A stretch of DNA of 64,000 nucleotides from positions 1,856,001-1,920,000 of the forward strand of contig CAWGAA010000001.1 of the NCBI GenBank assembly GCA_963820525.1, given 5' to 3'. This DNA is from an uncultured Spirochaetota bacterium (GTDB taxonomy: Bacteria > Spirochaetota > Spirochaetia > SZUA-6 > Fen-1364). A model generated the notes under the pieces. The model saw only the letters and a program-made list of their open reading frames with translations. It was not told the origin of the DNA and ran no database searches. A program made the translations under genes and the position numbers. Positions 32,401-38,872 of this stretch are shown here, one piece after another (the first letter of the stretch is position 1; each line of letters starts with the position of its first letter).

Positions 32401-33251
32401 ATCTCGTCTCGGACGTCGGGCTGAACCTGGTAGAGCCGGTTTACGCCTACGACACCACGATCCTCCGAGACCCGGTGCGAGGCGGAATTGGCAAAGTCAC
32501 GACGTTCGACGGCAGCCAATGGCTGCGGCCTCGCGATACCCAACTTGAAGCACGGATCATGGCGACTGCTCCCGTGTCGACGGACGCGCTCGGCCTCTGG
32601 TGGGACGTGAACCCCCAGGATCCCATCCTGCTGAACGGCCTGTGGATACCGCCCTCGGCCTCGACCCTGTTCCCCCATCCGCCGGGAACCCCCCAGCCGG
32701 CCCCCGCGCTTCCCGACGGAACTGACCGCTTTCACAACCCCAACACGGCGGCACGAACCACGGCCCAGCCTCCCGCCGTCAACGGCGCGCTTCGGGATTT
32801 CCTCATCCCCGGCAACGACCCTGAGTTCACGAGCGGGGCAAGGCTCCAGTTCCTCTTCCTGATCAATGACGGCGGGCACCTCTTCCCCTGCGCCCGCCTG
32901 GCGGACCCCAACGATCCCACCTCCGCCCGGCCCTTCGAATATCAGCTGAACGAGCTTCAGGGGCAGCGGGCCAACGTGACAATCACCAACAATGTGATCA
33001 ATCCCGCCAACCACGAGGTGGCGCACCTGACGTACGTCATGAGCAAGCCCGGCAAGGTGACGATCACCGTCTTCGATCTCAAGGGCGACATCGTCGACGT
33101 CCTGTTCAGCGGAACGCAGACGGCGGGGGAGCACACGACGGGTTGGGACGGAAAGAACCGGGGCGGCCGCATCGTGGCCCGCGGCATCTATTTCATCAGG
33201 GCTGTGGGGCCGGGATTCGACGAGTTCAGAAAGGTCCTGGTGGTACGGTAG
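20415..33251 (+). CDS. Giant repetitive exported surface protein (4278 aa), predicted beta-solenoid, with C-terminal FlgD-Ig/T9SS-CTD-like domain
   Basis: Uninterrupted 12.8-kb ORF; signal peptide; T/G/A/S/N-rich tandem repeats; C-terminus WDGKNRGGRIVARGIYFIR...KVLVVR. Confidence 0.9.
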   Translation: MVKRKKVIFLVALLGISTVCAYAQNTYTWNGASGANWSNPGNWNVSPGPGTYPGAAADNAIAIISNGNSPNLNVSPGQTISQLNISSGSSLTAGAARLLRVAGNVTTSGAGTFSSNITLAVSGNGSVIDSTMTLGPLTIAGASGDIISLAQATTLAGTLTINTATLDLGTNALSVGTSSTAGNLVFSGGGKLDFSGATGTNTTYVTVWGTISGTGTIDASGSGSLNCHGNVDLTNITYLPGSTRLWILDPVSLTPGASSFACVRIGSNGLNYYGALTLQGDLHILGIDPTGTTGVFSAGLPGGTPNNPGLGGNSFNLNGHNVTIDDSGTYASDNVVTFVNIPGANLTAPAASTITFTGASTLTSNSANGCVLGSISIGAGGNLTLADALALNGGISVAAGAGTSTFNMAGFTVTVAGNVNLTNLDNFTAPGLYIFDGATTLTVPAGAAYAFTNIQIGDTAGAANGSLTLASAIIVNGTITIGGTTGTTTFNAAAFTVTVAGNVTLTGLDSFTTTGTFIFAGTTTLTVPAGAAYAFTNIQIGDTAGAANGSLTLASAIIVNGTITIGGTTGTTTFNAAAFTVTVAGNVTLTGLDSFTTTGTFIFAGTTTLTVPAGAAYAFTNIQIGATAGAANGSLTLASAIIVNGTITIGGTTGTTTFNAAAFTVTVAGNVTLTGLDSFTTTGTFIFAGTTTLTVPAGAAYAFTNIQIGATAGAANGSLILASAIIVNGTITIGGTTGTTTFNAAAFTVTVAGNVTLTGLDSFTTTGTFIFAGTTTLTVPAGAAYAFTNIQIGATAGAANGSLTLASDIIVNGTITIGGTTGTTTFNAAAFTVTVAGNVTLTGLDSFTTTGTFIFAGTTTLTVPAGAAYAFTNIQIGATAGAANGSLILASAIIVNGTITIGGTTGTTTFNAAAFTVTVAGNVTLTGLDSFTTTGTFIFAGTTTLTVPAGAAYAFTNIQIGATAGAANGSLILASDIIVNGTITIGGTTGTTTFNAAAFTVTVAGNVTLTGLDSFTTTGTFIFAGTTTLTVPAGAAYAFTNIQIGATAGAANGSLILASAIIVNGTITIGGTTGTTTFNAAAFTVTVAGNVTLTGLDSFTTTGTFIFAGTTTLTVPAGAAYAFTNIQIGATAGAANGSLTLASDIIVNGTITIGGTTGTTTFNAAAFTVTVAGNVTLTGLDSFTTTGTFIFAGTTTLTVPAGAAYAFTNIQIGATAGAANGSLILASAIIVNGTITIGGTTGTTTFNAAAFTVTVAGNVTLTGLDSFTTTGTFIFAGTTTLTVPAGAAYAFTNIQIGATAGAANGSLTLASDIIVNGTITIGGTTGTTTFNAAAFTVTVAGNVTLTGLDSFTTTGTFIFAGTTTLTVPAGAAYAFTNIQIGATAGAANGSLILASAIIVNGTITIGGTTGTTTFNAAAFTVTVAGNVTLTGLDSFTTTGTFIFAGTTTLTVPAGAAYAFTNIQIGATAGAANGSLTLASDIIVNGTITIGGTTGTTTFNAAAFTVTVAGNVTLTGLDSFTTTGTFIFAGTTTLTVPAGAAYAFTNIQIGATAGAANGSLTLASDIIVNGTITIGGTTGTTTFNAAAFTVTVAGNVTLTGLDSFTTTGTFIFAGTTTLTVPAGAAYAFTNIQIGATAGAANGSLILASDIIVNGTITIGGTTGTTTFVTSGHTVTAASTVNLTGLDILTIDATSLFIFAGTTTLTVPTGLSLENIQLGASVTPGSVTLGSALNVVLDISISVAGSVLNTNNLDISVGRNWSNSNDASGFTAGNGTVAFAGTATAKISGNTTFYNFTCIPGVGGKTIQFTAGTEQTITNNLTITGTANNLVNLISTSLGFAWTITRTGTGTVTLDFILVSDSNVGAASSDLTALDSRNDGRNDDTVSPRWIFTPRLVIWDGSDSMDWNTGANWDTGYQPNTTDNVRIANAGFQPATLATSTTIVDLTIDTGARVATNNLSLTVTGALSCSGTLDGSASPAAISVTGDTTASGRINLNGGNFSTNNLTVSGVTPNGLVASASETITVGGNIDFSNAGDNFTQATSLIVMTGASDPATINATVEDFFNDLQINKTTGGQRVQLLTNLFLANGAGDLTMSRGTLQLNGFTLRLGTNLSMSSATAATIAIGTGTLDGATNGRSVSISSAAAAITQTTGTMSCAGLSMTNGTYTCTGNSILNSSGSVSVTGGTFSEGTSTLTMSGASTTIRFAQSPLLQPHDLTISAAAPGVSITGENLTVGNNLSVSSGGVFATNNFSLTVNVGLSCSGTLDGSASPAAISVTGDTTASGRINLNGGNFSTNNLTVSGVTPNGLVASASETITVGGNIDFSNAGDNFTQATSLIVMTGASDPATINATGEDFFNDLQINKTTGAQRVQLLTNLFLANGAGDLTMSRGTLQLNGFTLRLGTNLSMSSATAATIAIGTGTLDGATNGRSVSISSAAAAITQTTGTMSCAGLSMTNGTYTCTGNSILNSSGSVSVTGGTFSEGTSTLTMSGASTTIRFAQSPLLQPHDLTISAAAPGVSITGENLTVGNNLSVSSGGVFATGGFSLTVNVGLSCSGTLTGSASPQQISVTGDTTASGRINLNGGNFSTTNLTVSGVPGLVASASETITVGGNIDFSNAGDNFTQATSLIVMTGASDPATINATVEDFFNDLQINKTTGGQRVQLLTNLFLANGAGDLTMSRGTLQLNGFTLRLGTNLSMSSATAATIAIGTGTLDGATNGRTVSISSAAAAITQTTGTMSCAGLSMTNGTYTCTGNSILNSSGSVSVTGGTFSEGTSTLTMSGASTTIRFAQSPLLQPHDLTISAAAPGVSITGENLTVGNNLSVSSGGVFATNNFSLTVTGALSCSGTLTGSASPQQISVTGDTTASGRINLNGGNFSTTNLTVSGVPGLVASASETITVGGNIDFSNAGDNFTQATSLIVMTGASDPATINATVEDFFNDLQINKTTGGQRVQLLTNLFLANGAGDLTMSRGTLQLNGFTLRLGTNLSMSSATAATIAIGTGTLDGATNGRSVSISSAAAAITQTTGTMSCAGLSMTNGTYTCTGNSILNSSGSVSVTGGTFSEGTSTLTMSGASTTIRFAQSPLLQPHDLTISAAAPGVSITGENLTVGNNLSVSSGGVFATNNFSLTVNVGLSCSGTLDGSASPAAISVTGDTTASGRINLNGGNFSTTNLTVSGVPGLVASASETITVGGNIDFSNAGDNFTQATSLIVMTGASDPATINATGEDFFNDLQINKTTGAQRVQLLTNLFLANGAGDLTMSRGTLQLNGFTLRLGTNLSMSSATAATIAIGTGTLDGATNGRSVSISSAAAAITQGTGTLSTPALSVSAGAYTITGTATVSIGAGGLSQTGGTFTADAAAITSSGSVSVTAGTFTEGSSTLTMDTAGTTIHFTPSPLHQPHNLIITAGGAGVTIASEALNVGGDITIATGGIFGTNTFSLAVTGNADVSGTLTGSASPAAISVTGDTTASGTINLNNGDFSTNNLTVSGVAPANGLVASGAEIITVKENLDLSAVGTNYTPASSTITMGDGTLNGTINCPPTEETFYELEISKGVLARIVSLQTDIIITHSLTIISGTLSAGTHTITMRGVTWDNQGSKTGLGTFNPGTGTVFFTTTSAITISGSNSWYNFNCTTDGKAFTFENLQTQTILSGGNLTLLASGPTARITLTSDLQDPTVNPSYPPTPPQYAGQWYITITVGASASIDFVNVSYSFATITITPGPGCVDGLHNTNWQFFIPIVASWTLDTNNDGRIDRIRVQVQVGTQLSDDFTGLDVTIVGNAYEVSGYGTAAGPVVGAGDDVFDILLDEGTHEDTSALPQWTLNSNSTLYGKVGGALVEYGTKVYAPNDGSRPVITYTLAAVGSTRAYVHFSETVFGNAAQTAPIGTGSLVYSDGTNSITAVTPVERDATGIGAHAAVITFTSPLTVANVLPSSAQTFSVATGAIWGVPAAVDPGTVVPAPFPNNTNLDNNLPPNAVRSMLNGSTTPSALAHLVSDVGLNLVEPVYAYDTTILRDPVRGGIGKVTTFDGSQWLRPRDTQLEARIMATAPVSTDALGLWWDVNPQDPILLNGLWIPPSASTLFPHPPGTPQPAPALPDGTDRFHNPNTAARTTAQPPAVNGALRDFLIPGNDPEFTSGARLQFLFLINDGGHLFPCARLADPNDPTSARPFEYQLNELQGQRANVTITNNVINPANHEVAHLTYVMSKPGKVTITVFDLKGDIVDVLFSGTQTAGEHTTGWDGKNRGGRIVARGIYFIRAVGPGFDEFRKVLVVR
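21727..25412 (+). repeat. Intragenic tandem repeat, 252 bp (84 aa) x about 14.6
   Basis: The unit start ccacgacc(c/t)..accgtccccgcgggagccgcctac recurs every 252 bp from 21727 to 25255; copies are nearly identical. Confidence 0.97.
26271..30370 (+). repeat. Intragenic tandem repeat, 882/876 bp (294/292 aa) x about 4.7
   Basis: Unit starts at 26271, 27153, 28035, 28911 and 29787; the 6-bp length difference is GVTPNG versus GVPG. Confidence 0.95.
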
Positions 33252-33261
33252 GGGCAGCTTT

Positions 33262-34455
33262 TCAGTTCTTCAAGGGCATGCCGATCCATGCCGTAGGATC
33301 GGCCATGTCCTTGGCGATGAGGCCGATGTCCACCGGCTCGGTCATCTCGGCAACGATGTAGCGCTTGTCGGCGAAGCTGATGGTGGCGCCCTGGCGATCC
33401 AGCTTCACGCCGGCAAGGGCGTGGCCATAGCGGGGGGAAACGAAGATCATCGCATCGTATCCGAGCTGATCGAGGAGGGCGGCGTAGAGAAGGGCCCGCG
33501 AATCGCAGTCTCCGGCCTCGGATGCCGCCACGGCGATGGGTGAGAGAAAATCAGAAAGTGTGCCCGTGCGCTGGAAGGTGAAGCCCTGGATCCAGCAAAG
33601 GAGCGTCGTGGGGGTGTCTTGCGGGGCAACCCCACGCGCTTCCATCTCCCGCTTAAGCCCGGCCAGTATCCCGTCCAGCCTGTGGTAGCCGTCGCGAAAG
33701 ATCATCCTGTAGAACCGCTGCCAGGCCGGTATCTGGCCGGCCTTGTACGATGCGAGAAGGCGCGCCTCGCGCTCAACCAGGGCCTGCTCGGATTCCTGCT
33801 CGCCCTTTCCCACAGTCACCGGGAGGGTCTCGCCGAGGAATTGGATCGCCAGGGTCTTTCGATCATCATCGGGGTAGGCATCGGAAAGCTGACTGATCGG
33901 GCCGGGGAGGAGCTTGGCGGCCTGGTCAGGGGAAAACGAGTCCAGGGCGGAGAGAAGATCGTCCCGCGCCTTTTCGTACCTTTCGATTGGAGCGAACGCG
34001 ATGAGTATTCCATCCAGGGTGGGCGGCGATATTCCCCCCCTGTCCAGGGCACGCACAACCAGAATGAACCCCCGGAAGGGATTGCCGGCCGAGGTGAATG
34101 TGACGTCAGAGAGATAGCAGTCCCTGCCGGAGAAGGAGAAAACCGTGCCGCTCCCCTCTCCCTTGAGCTGCTTTCTGAGGTCGTTCTCCATCTGCTGGGC
34201 AGTTATCGATCTTTCATGCGCGAAAATCGAAATCTGAAGCATGGCGCCGCTTGCCGGATCGGTGAAGGAGAGCTTCGCCATATCCGACGCATCGAACGGA
34301 ATCCATCCCTCGGGCAGGTCGAGCGAGTACCCGTATTCCTTGACGGAAAGGACTTCCGCCCGCGCCGGACACGGTAAGAAAAGAAGCGCGAGAAAGAGCC
34401 CCGCGCATGCCGCAGCTGCCCAGCGTCCGCGCAAATGTCGGCCTTCAATCGTCAT
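33262..34455 (-). CDS. Exported transglutaminase-like (cysteine protease fold) protein
   Basis: Signal peptide; GDCDSRALL, GHALAGV and YIVAEMT suggest a Cys-His-acid triad. Confidence 0.7.
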   Translation of the reverse strand: MTIEGRHLRGRWAAAACAGLFLALLFLPCPARAEVLSVKEYGYSLDLPEGWIPFDASDMAKLSFTDPASGAMLQISIFAHERSITAQQMENDLRKQLKGEGSGTVFSFSGRDCYLSDVTFTSAGNPFRGFILVVRALDRGGISPPTLDGILIAFAPIERYEKARDDLLSALDSFSPDQAAKLLPGPISQLSDAYPDDDRKTLAIQFLGETLPVTVGKGEQESEQALVEREARLLASYKAGQIPAWQRFYRMIFRDGYHRLDGILAGLKREMEARGVAPQDTPTTLLCWIQGFTFQRTGTLSDFLSPIAVAASEAGDCDSRALLYAALLDQLGYDAMIFVSPRYGHALAGVKLDRQGATISFADKRYIVAEMTEPVDIGLIAKDMADPTAWIGMPLKN

Positions 34456-34658
34456 GATTCTTCCCTAGTTATTTTATCGTACCACGGGCTGGAAAACGCG
34501 AGGGCTTTCGCCTACGGCTGGTCTACCCGCCCATGAGCCGTACCAGAAAACGCCTTCTAATGGCTTCTCCTGCCGGGCGCATTAGCACCCTCCAAATCCC
34601 GAGTTGCTATAAGCTAGAAAGCCGCCATTTTAACTATCATTTTGATTCAATTTATCTC

Positions 34659-34687
34659 TTTACAAAACATATTATGTAATATATAAT
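34659..34687 (+). promoter_or_regulatory. Sigma-70 promoter of the RCC1 lipoprotein gene
   Basis: TTTACA-N17-TATAAT, followed by an AGGAGG RBS. Confidence 0.7.
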
Positions 34688-34713
34688 TGCGCAAAATGTC
34701 TTAGGAGGAACCA

Positions 34714-36717
34714 ATGAAAAAGCTCATTCGTTTCCTGGGAGGGCTTCTCGCCCTCGGTTTCTGCCTTGCCGCGATCAGCGGATGTATGCCGCCGATGGGT
34801 CCCTTGAGCGACACAAACAGCGACGGCTCGGTGGTCTTGAACTTCTCTGATGGCCGGGCAAAAACAATTGTGCCCGCCGTCAGCCTGGACATCGCAACCT
34901 ACGACATCAGCTTCACACGCTCCGGCCAGCCCACCGTCACCCTCAACGGAGTTCCCGGCGCAACAACCCAGACCCAGCCCGTGTATCTCAAACCCGGTCC
35001 CTGGACAGTCACGGCGACCGCCAAGAACGCCTTAGGGGACATCATCGGGGTGGGCACTAACACAGTCACGGTGAACGCGGGACACACATCCACCGTAAGC
35101 CTCACCATTCTGTCCCTTTTGGGAGACGGGCCCCTCACGTTGAGCGCCACAACAAGCGAGCTTTCCATGAGCTCCCCCTCCGTGGTGGCGACCCTCACCC
35201 CCGGAAGCGGAGGAAGTACTATCCCGTTGAGCTTCACCATGGGCACGGGAAGCGCCGAGTACAGCGGATCGGTTTTGGCGGGGACCTACCTGTTGCTTCT
35301 TGAGCTGTGGGACGGAACGGTGAAGCTTGCAAGCTACGTAGACACGGTGCTTGTGGTGGCGAACTTTCCCACCTCTGCTTCTTTCGCCTTCAAGCCCAAG
35401 AACGGCTCGGTGATCGTTGAGCTTTTGGACCAGATCACGCGGGCTATTCCTATCACCTTGAGTGGGGCGCAGTCGACGCTCAGCGTGGGATCCACGATGA
35501 CGGTGACCGCTACACCTGCAGTACCAGTTGACAGCTACCAGTGGTACCTGGATGGGGAGTCGATCAGCGGAGCAACGACCAATCAGGTGACGGTGGGCAG
35601 CGGGTTGGAGGAGGGGGACTACACCCTGACCGTGGCGGTGAAGAAGGGCTTGGTGTACAGCTCGGAGAGTATCGATTTCACGGTGACGCCGGCCGCAGGG
35701 GGCATAAAAGCCGTCTCAGTGGGAGGTGCGCACACCATGATCCTGAAGACCGATGCCACCCTATGGGCTTGTGGGTTGAACGATTGCGGCCAGTTAGGCG
35801 ACGGCACCACCACCAATCGATCCACTCCCGTCCAGATTATGACCGGCATAGCTTCCGTTTCGGCGGGAAGTGCCCACACCATGATCCTGAAGACCGATGG
35901 CACCCTCTGGGCTTGCGGATACAACTACAACGGCCAGCTTGGAGACGGCACCACCACCAATCAATCCACTCCAGTCCAGGTGATGACCGGCGTGGCTTCC
36001 GTCGCAGCCGGAACTTTCCACACAATGATCCTTAGAACAGATGGTGCGCTTTGGGCTTGCGGCTGGAACAACGGCGGCCAACTCGGCGACGGCACAACAA
36101 CTCAGCGTCTTTCTCCCGTGCAAGTCATGACTGGCGTGGCTTCTGTCTTGGTGGGGGACCTGCATACCATGATCCTGAAGACTGACGGCAGCCTCTGGGC
36201 TTGCGGCTGGAACGGCTACGGCCAGCTCGGCGACGGCACCACCACCAATCAATCCACTCCAGTCCAGGTGATGACCGGCGTGGCTTCTGTTTCAGCAGGA
36301 GGAGAGCACTCTATGATCATGAAGACCGACAGCACCCTCTGGGCCTGCGGGTGGAACTACTACGGCCAGCTCGGTGACGGCACTACCACTGACCAATACT
36401 CTCCTGTCCAAGTGATGACTGGTGCGGCTTCAGTTTCGGCGGGTGATATCCACACCATGATTCTGAAGACCGACGGCACCCTCTGGGCCTGCGGATACAA
36501 CTATTACGGCCAGCTCGGCGACGGCACCACCACGGACCAGCACTCTCCAGTCCAGGTGATGATCGACGTGGCCATTGTCTCAGCATCAGAAGCAGGGGAG
36601 CACACCATGATCATAAAGACCGACGGCACACTCTGGGCCTGCGGCTGGAATGTCTACGGCCAGCTCGGGGACGGCACCACCACGGATCGTCACACGCCTG
36701 TGCAGATTTACTTCTAG
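34714..36717 (+). CDS. Lipoprotein with Ig-like domains and a 7-repeat RCC1 beta-propeller
   Basis: Lipobox ISGC; seven HTMILKTDGTLWACGxNxxGQLGDG repeats. Confidence 0.92.
   Translation: MKKLIRFLGGLLALGFCLAAISGCMPPMGPLSDTNSDGSVVLNFSDGRAKTIVPAVSLDIATYDISFTRSGQPTVTLNGVPGATTQTQPVYLKPGPWTVTATAKNALGDIIGVGTNTVTVNAGHTSTVSLTILSLLGDGPLTLSATTSELSMSSPSVVATLTPGSGGSTIPLSFTMGTGSAEYSGSVLAGTYLLLLELWDGTVKLASYVDTVLVVANFPTSASFAFKPKNGSVIVELLDQITRAIPITLSGAQSTLSVGSTMTVTATPAVPVDSYQWYLDGESISGATTNQVTVGSGLEEGDYTLTVAVKKGLVYSSESIDFTVTPAAGGIKAVSVGGAHTMILKTDATLWACGLNDCGQLGDGTTTNRSTPVQIMTGIASVSAGSAHTMILKTDGTLWACGYNYNGQLGDGTTTNQSTPVQVMTGVASVAAGTFHTMILRTDGALWACGWNNGGQLGDGTTTQRLSPVQVMTGVASVLVGDLHTMILKTDGSLWACGWNGYGQLGDGTTTNQSTPVQVMTGVASVSAGGEHSMIMKTDSTLWACGWNYYGQLGDGTTTDQYSPVQVMTGAASVSAGDIHTMILKTDGTLWACGYNYYGQLGDGTTTDQHSPVQVMIDVAIVSASEAGEHTMIIKTDGTLWACGWNVYGQLGDGTTTDRHTPVQIYF
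35707..36714 (+). repeat. RCC1 repeats, 144-bp period x7 (last interval 150 bp)
   Basis: The His codon recurs at 35731, 35875, 36019, 36163, 36307, 36451 and 36601. Confidence 0.9.
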
Positions 36718-36828
36718 CGGATGACATGAGTCCCGCCGCACCTTCTAGGCGGCGGGGCCCATCATGATTAGCGCTTGAGGCGTCATTACTGCCGGGCCGG
36801 GCAACACGCCCTGCCGGGCGCACCAAAC

Positions 36829-36858
36829 AAAAAGGCCGCCGGGTAGGCGGCCTTTCTT
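36829..36858. terminator. Bidirectional rho-independent terminator
   Basis: AAAAAGGCCGCC-GGGTA-GGCGGCCTTTCTT between convergent genes. Confidence 0.8.
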
Positions 36859-36876
36859 GGGGAGTCTTCCTTTATC

Positions 36877-37413
36877 CTAGAACAGCTTGAAGAGGGCGCT
36901 CACGCCGACCCAGGGCCTCGTGTATTTGAAGAAGTCTGGCTTTGTAAAGTCAGAGATCGAGCTCATGTACCAGTAGCCGTCCACGCCGATGGCAAAGGAA
37001 CCGATGTTGATGTCCGCGGCGAGCTTGAAGTTCAAGCCGATGGGCACGGCATCCTTGGGAGAGTTGGGCGTGTTGGCGAGTGCGATGTAGAAGTTCGGCC
37101 CGACGCCCGCGCCAAGGCGGAGGAACAGGACATCGAAGCACAGGCCAATGTCGGTGAGCACCGTCAGGGAGGGAGGAAGCGGCACCTGGGCGTAGAGATC
37201 CTCGGGATAATAGACGGCAGCAAGGCTGCCCTGCAGGATGCTTACGTTCAGGCGCGTATCGAGCCCAAAGGTGAAGTCGTTCAAGGTGATGCCGTTGGAG
37301 ATCTCGGAAACATCGCCCTTGTACATCGCCACACCGCCGATCTGGAAATCGGCAAAGGCTATCGCGGGTATCACTGCAAGGATTAATACGGCGAGAATTG
37401 CAAGCTTCTTCAT
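36877..37413 (-). CDS. Small exported protein, probable outer-membrane beta-barrel
   Basis: Signal peptide MKKLAIL...AFA; alternating amphipathic strands; C-terminal F (ALFKLF); AGGAGG RBS. Confidence 0.7.
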   Translation of the reverse strand: MKKLAILAVLILAVIPAIAFADFQIGGVAMYKGDVSEISNGITLNDFTFGLDTRLNVSILQGSLAAVYYPEDLYAQVPLPPSLTVLTDIGLCFDVLFLRLGAGVGPNFYIALANTPNSPKDAVPIGLNFKLAADINIGSFAIGVDGYWYMSSISDFTKPDFFKYTRPWVGVSALFKLF

Positions 37414-37471
37414 GCGCGCACCTCCTATGGAGAGAAACATACTCCAATTGTAGCGCCCGGAGGATTGCTTT

Positions 37472-38872
37472 TCAACGTTTGATGAACTCTTTGATACGTT
37501 TTGCCGCACACCGACATGCCTCGCCCAGCCGCTGGATGTCCTCCAGCGTATGAGCCATCGAGATCGACCCCAGGCCGTGCATGACGTGCACGTCCTCCAG
37601 GAGCAGGGCGAGCTGCAAGACTTTTTCGGAAAGTTCCACATCGCAGACCTGGGGATTCTTGGTCTGCTCGGGAGAGGTGAAGGCCGTGCCTTCGCGGTAG
37701 GGGAACTGCACCGCCCCTACCGAGCTCCCGGAGAGAGCCTCGTTGGGGTCTCCCGTGCAGCGCGCAAGGATCCCCTCGGCGGCGAACGCCTCTTCGACGG
37801 TCCGCCGCGCTCTCTCTCCAAGAGCGCCGAGCGCCGGATAGATTTCCCCTTCATGCTCGACGAGCCAGCTCATCATGGTCTTGCCCGCGAGAAGCGACGC
37901 CGGGTGGCAGGAATAGGTTCCGCCAGAAAAGCGCACGCCGCCGCTTCGACCCGCAAGAGCCATAATATCGGCGCGGCCCGCGACGGCTGCCACGGGCATG
38001 CCGCCGCCGATCGCCTTGGCGTACGTTGCTAGGTCCGGCGAAACACCGTAGAGGCGGCTCGCGCTGCTCGCCGAGAAACGGAACCCCGAGATGACCTCAT
38101 CGAATATGAGAACGGCCCCATGCCGGGAGGTGAGCTCCCGCGCAGCCTTCAGGTACTCGCTGTCCGCGGGAATGAAGCCGGCCGAGCCCATGACCGGCTC
38201 GAGGATGAGGCAAGCGATCTTTCCGCCGTGGCTCTTGAACTGGTCCTCCAGCATCTGTGCATCGTTGAAGCGGGTGACCACCACCTCACGCTCCACGGCG
38301 CCGGGCAGCCCTCGGCTCTCCGCGTGCTGGAAGCTCCTGCCGTTCTCCGTATGGAAGTCGACCCCGATGAGCCCCCAGGGCTGGGCGCCGTGCCATCCCC
38401 CGCCCGCCTTCATCACGAGAGAGCGGCCGGTGAAGGCACGGGCAAGGAGCAGCGCGTACATCGTGGAAAGCGAGCCGCTCGTCGTGAAGCGGACCCTCTC
38501 GGCCCCCGTGCGGCTGCAGATGAGCTGGGCCGCCTCCACCTGGAGCCTGTCCGTGAACCCGGTCTGCAGACCCGAGCCGCCGCGAAACGCCGCGGCGAGC
38601 GCCTCGGTGACAATGGGCGGATTGTGGCCCAGGATGTTGGCGAAATGCCCCTGCCAGAAATCGAGGATCTCATGTCCGTCCTCGTCGATAACGAAGCTTC
38701 CCCTGGCCTCCCGGATGCGGGGCGGGAACGGCTTGATGAGCCGCACAGTGTGGCTGCCGCCGTCGATCATGAGCTTCAGGGCTTCCTGGTTGAGGCGGGC
38801 GGAGGCGGGCGAATGAAGCTCGTATTCGGCGGCGAGGCGCGCGATGAGCACGGAGTGATCTCTCTGCTGCAT
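37472..38872 (-). CDS. Class III aminotransferase (glutamate-1-semialdehyde aminomutase-like)
   Basis: ILGHNPP, VRFTTSG, EPVMG, LIFDEVISGFR and YAKAIGGGMP. Confidence 0.88.
   Translation of the reverse strand: MQQRDHSVLIARLAAEYELHSPASARLNQEALKLMIDGGSHTVRLIKPFPPRIREARGSFVIDEDGHEILDFWQGHFANILGHNPPIVTEALAAAFRGGSGLQTGFTDRLQVEAAQLICSRTGAERVRFTTSGSLSTMYALLLARAFTGRSLVMKAGGGWHGAQPWGLIGVDFHTENGRSFQHAESRGLPGAVEREVVVTRFNDAQMLEDQFKSHGGKIACLILEPVMGSAGFIPADSEYLKAARELTSRHGAVLIFDEVISGFRFSASSASRLYGVSPDLATYAKAIGGGMPVAAVAGRADIMALAGRSGGVRFSGGTYSCHPASLLAGKTMMSWLVEHEGEIYPALGALGERARRTVEEAFAAEGILARCTGDPNEALSGSSVGAVQFPYREGTAFTSPEQTKNPQVCDVELSEKVLQLALLLEDVHVMHGLGSISMAHTLEDIQRLGEACRCAAKRIKEFIKR

Noticed and set aside
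34582..34610. CIRCE-like TTAGCACCC...GAGTTGCTA
   Set aside because: The spacing and right arm do not fit, and no chaperone gene is adjacent.
35707..36770. RCC1 repeats as a diversity-generating retroelement target (aac/tac/ggc/gtc codons at GxNxxG, hairpin after the stop)
   Set aside because: There is no reverse transcriptase or template repeat in the window. Differences between repeats are not confined to adenines, and these positions normally vary in RCC1 repeats. A remote template cannot be excluded without the full genome.
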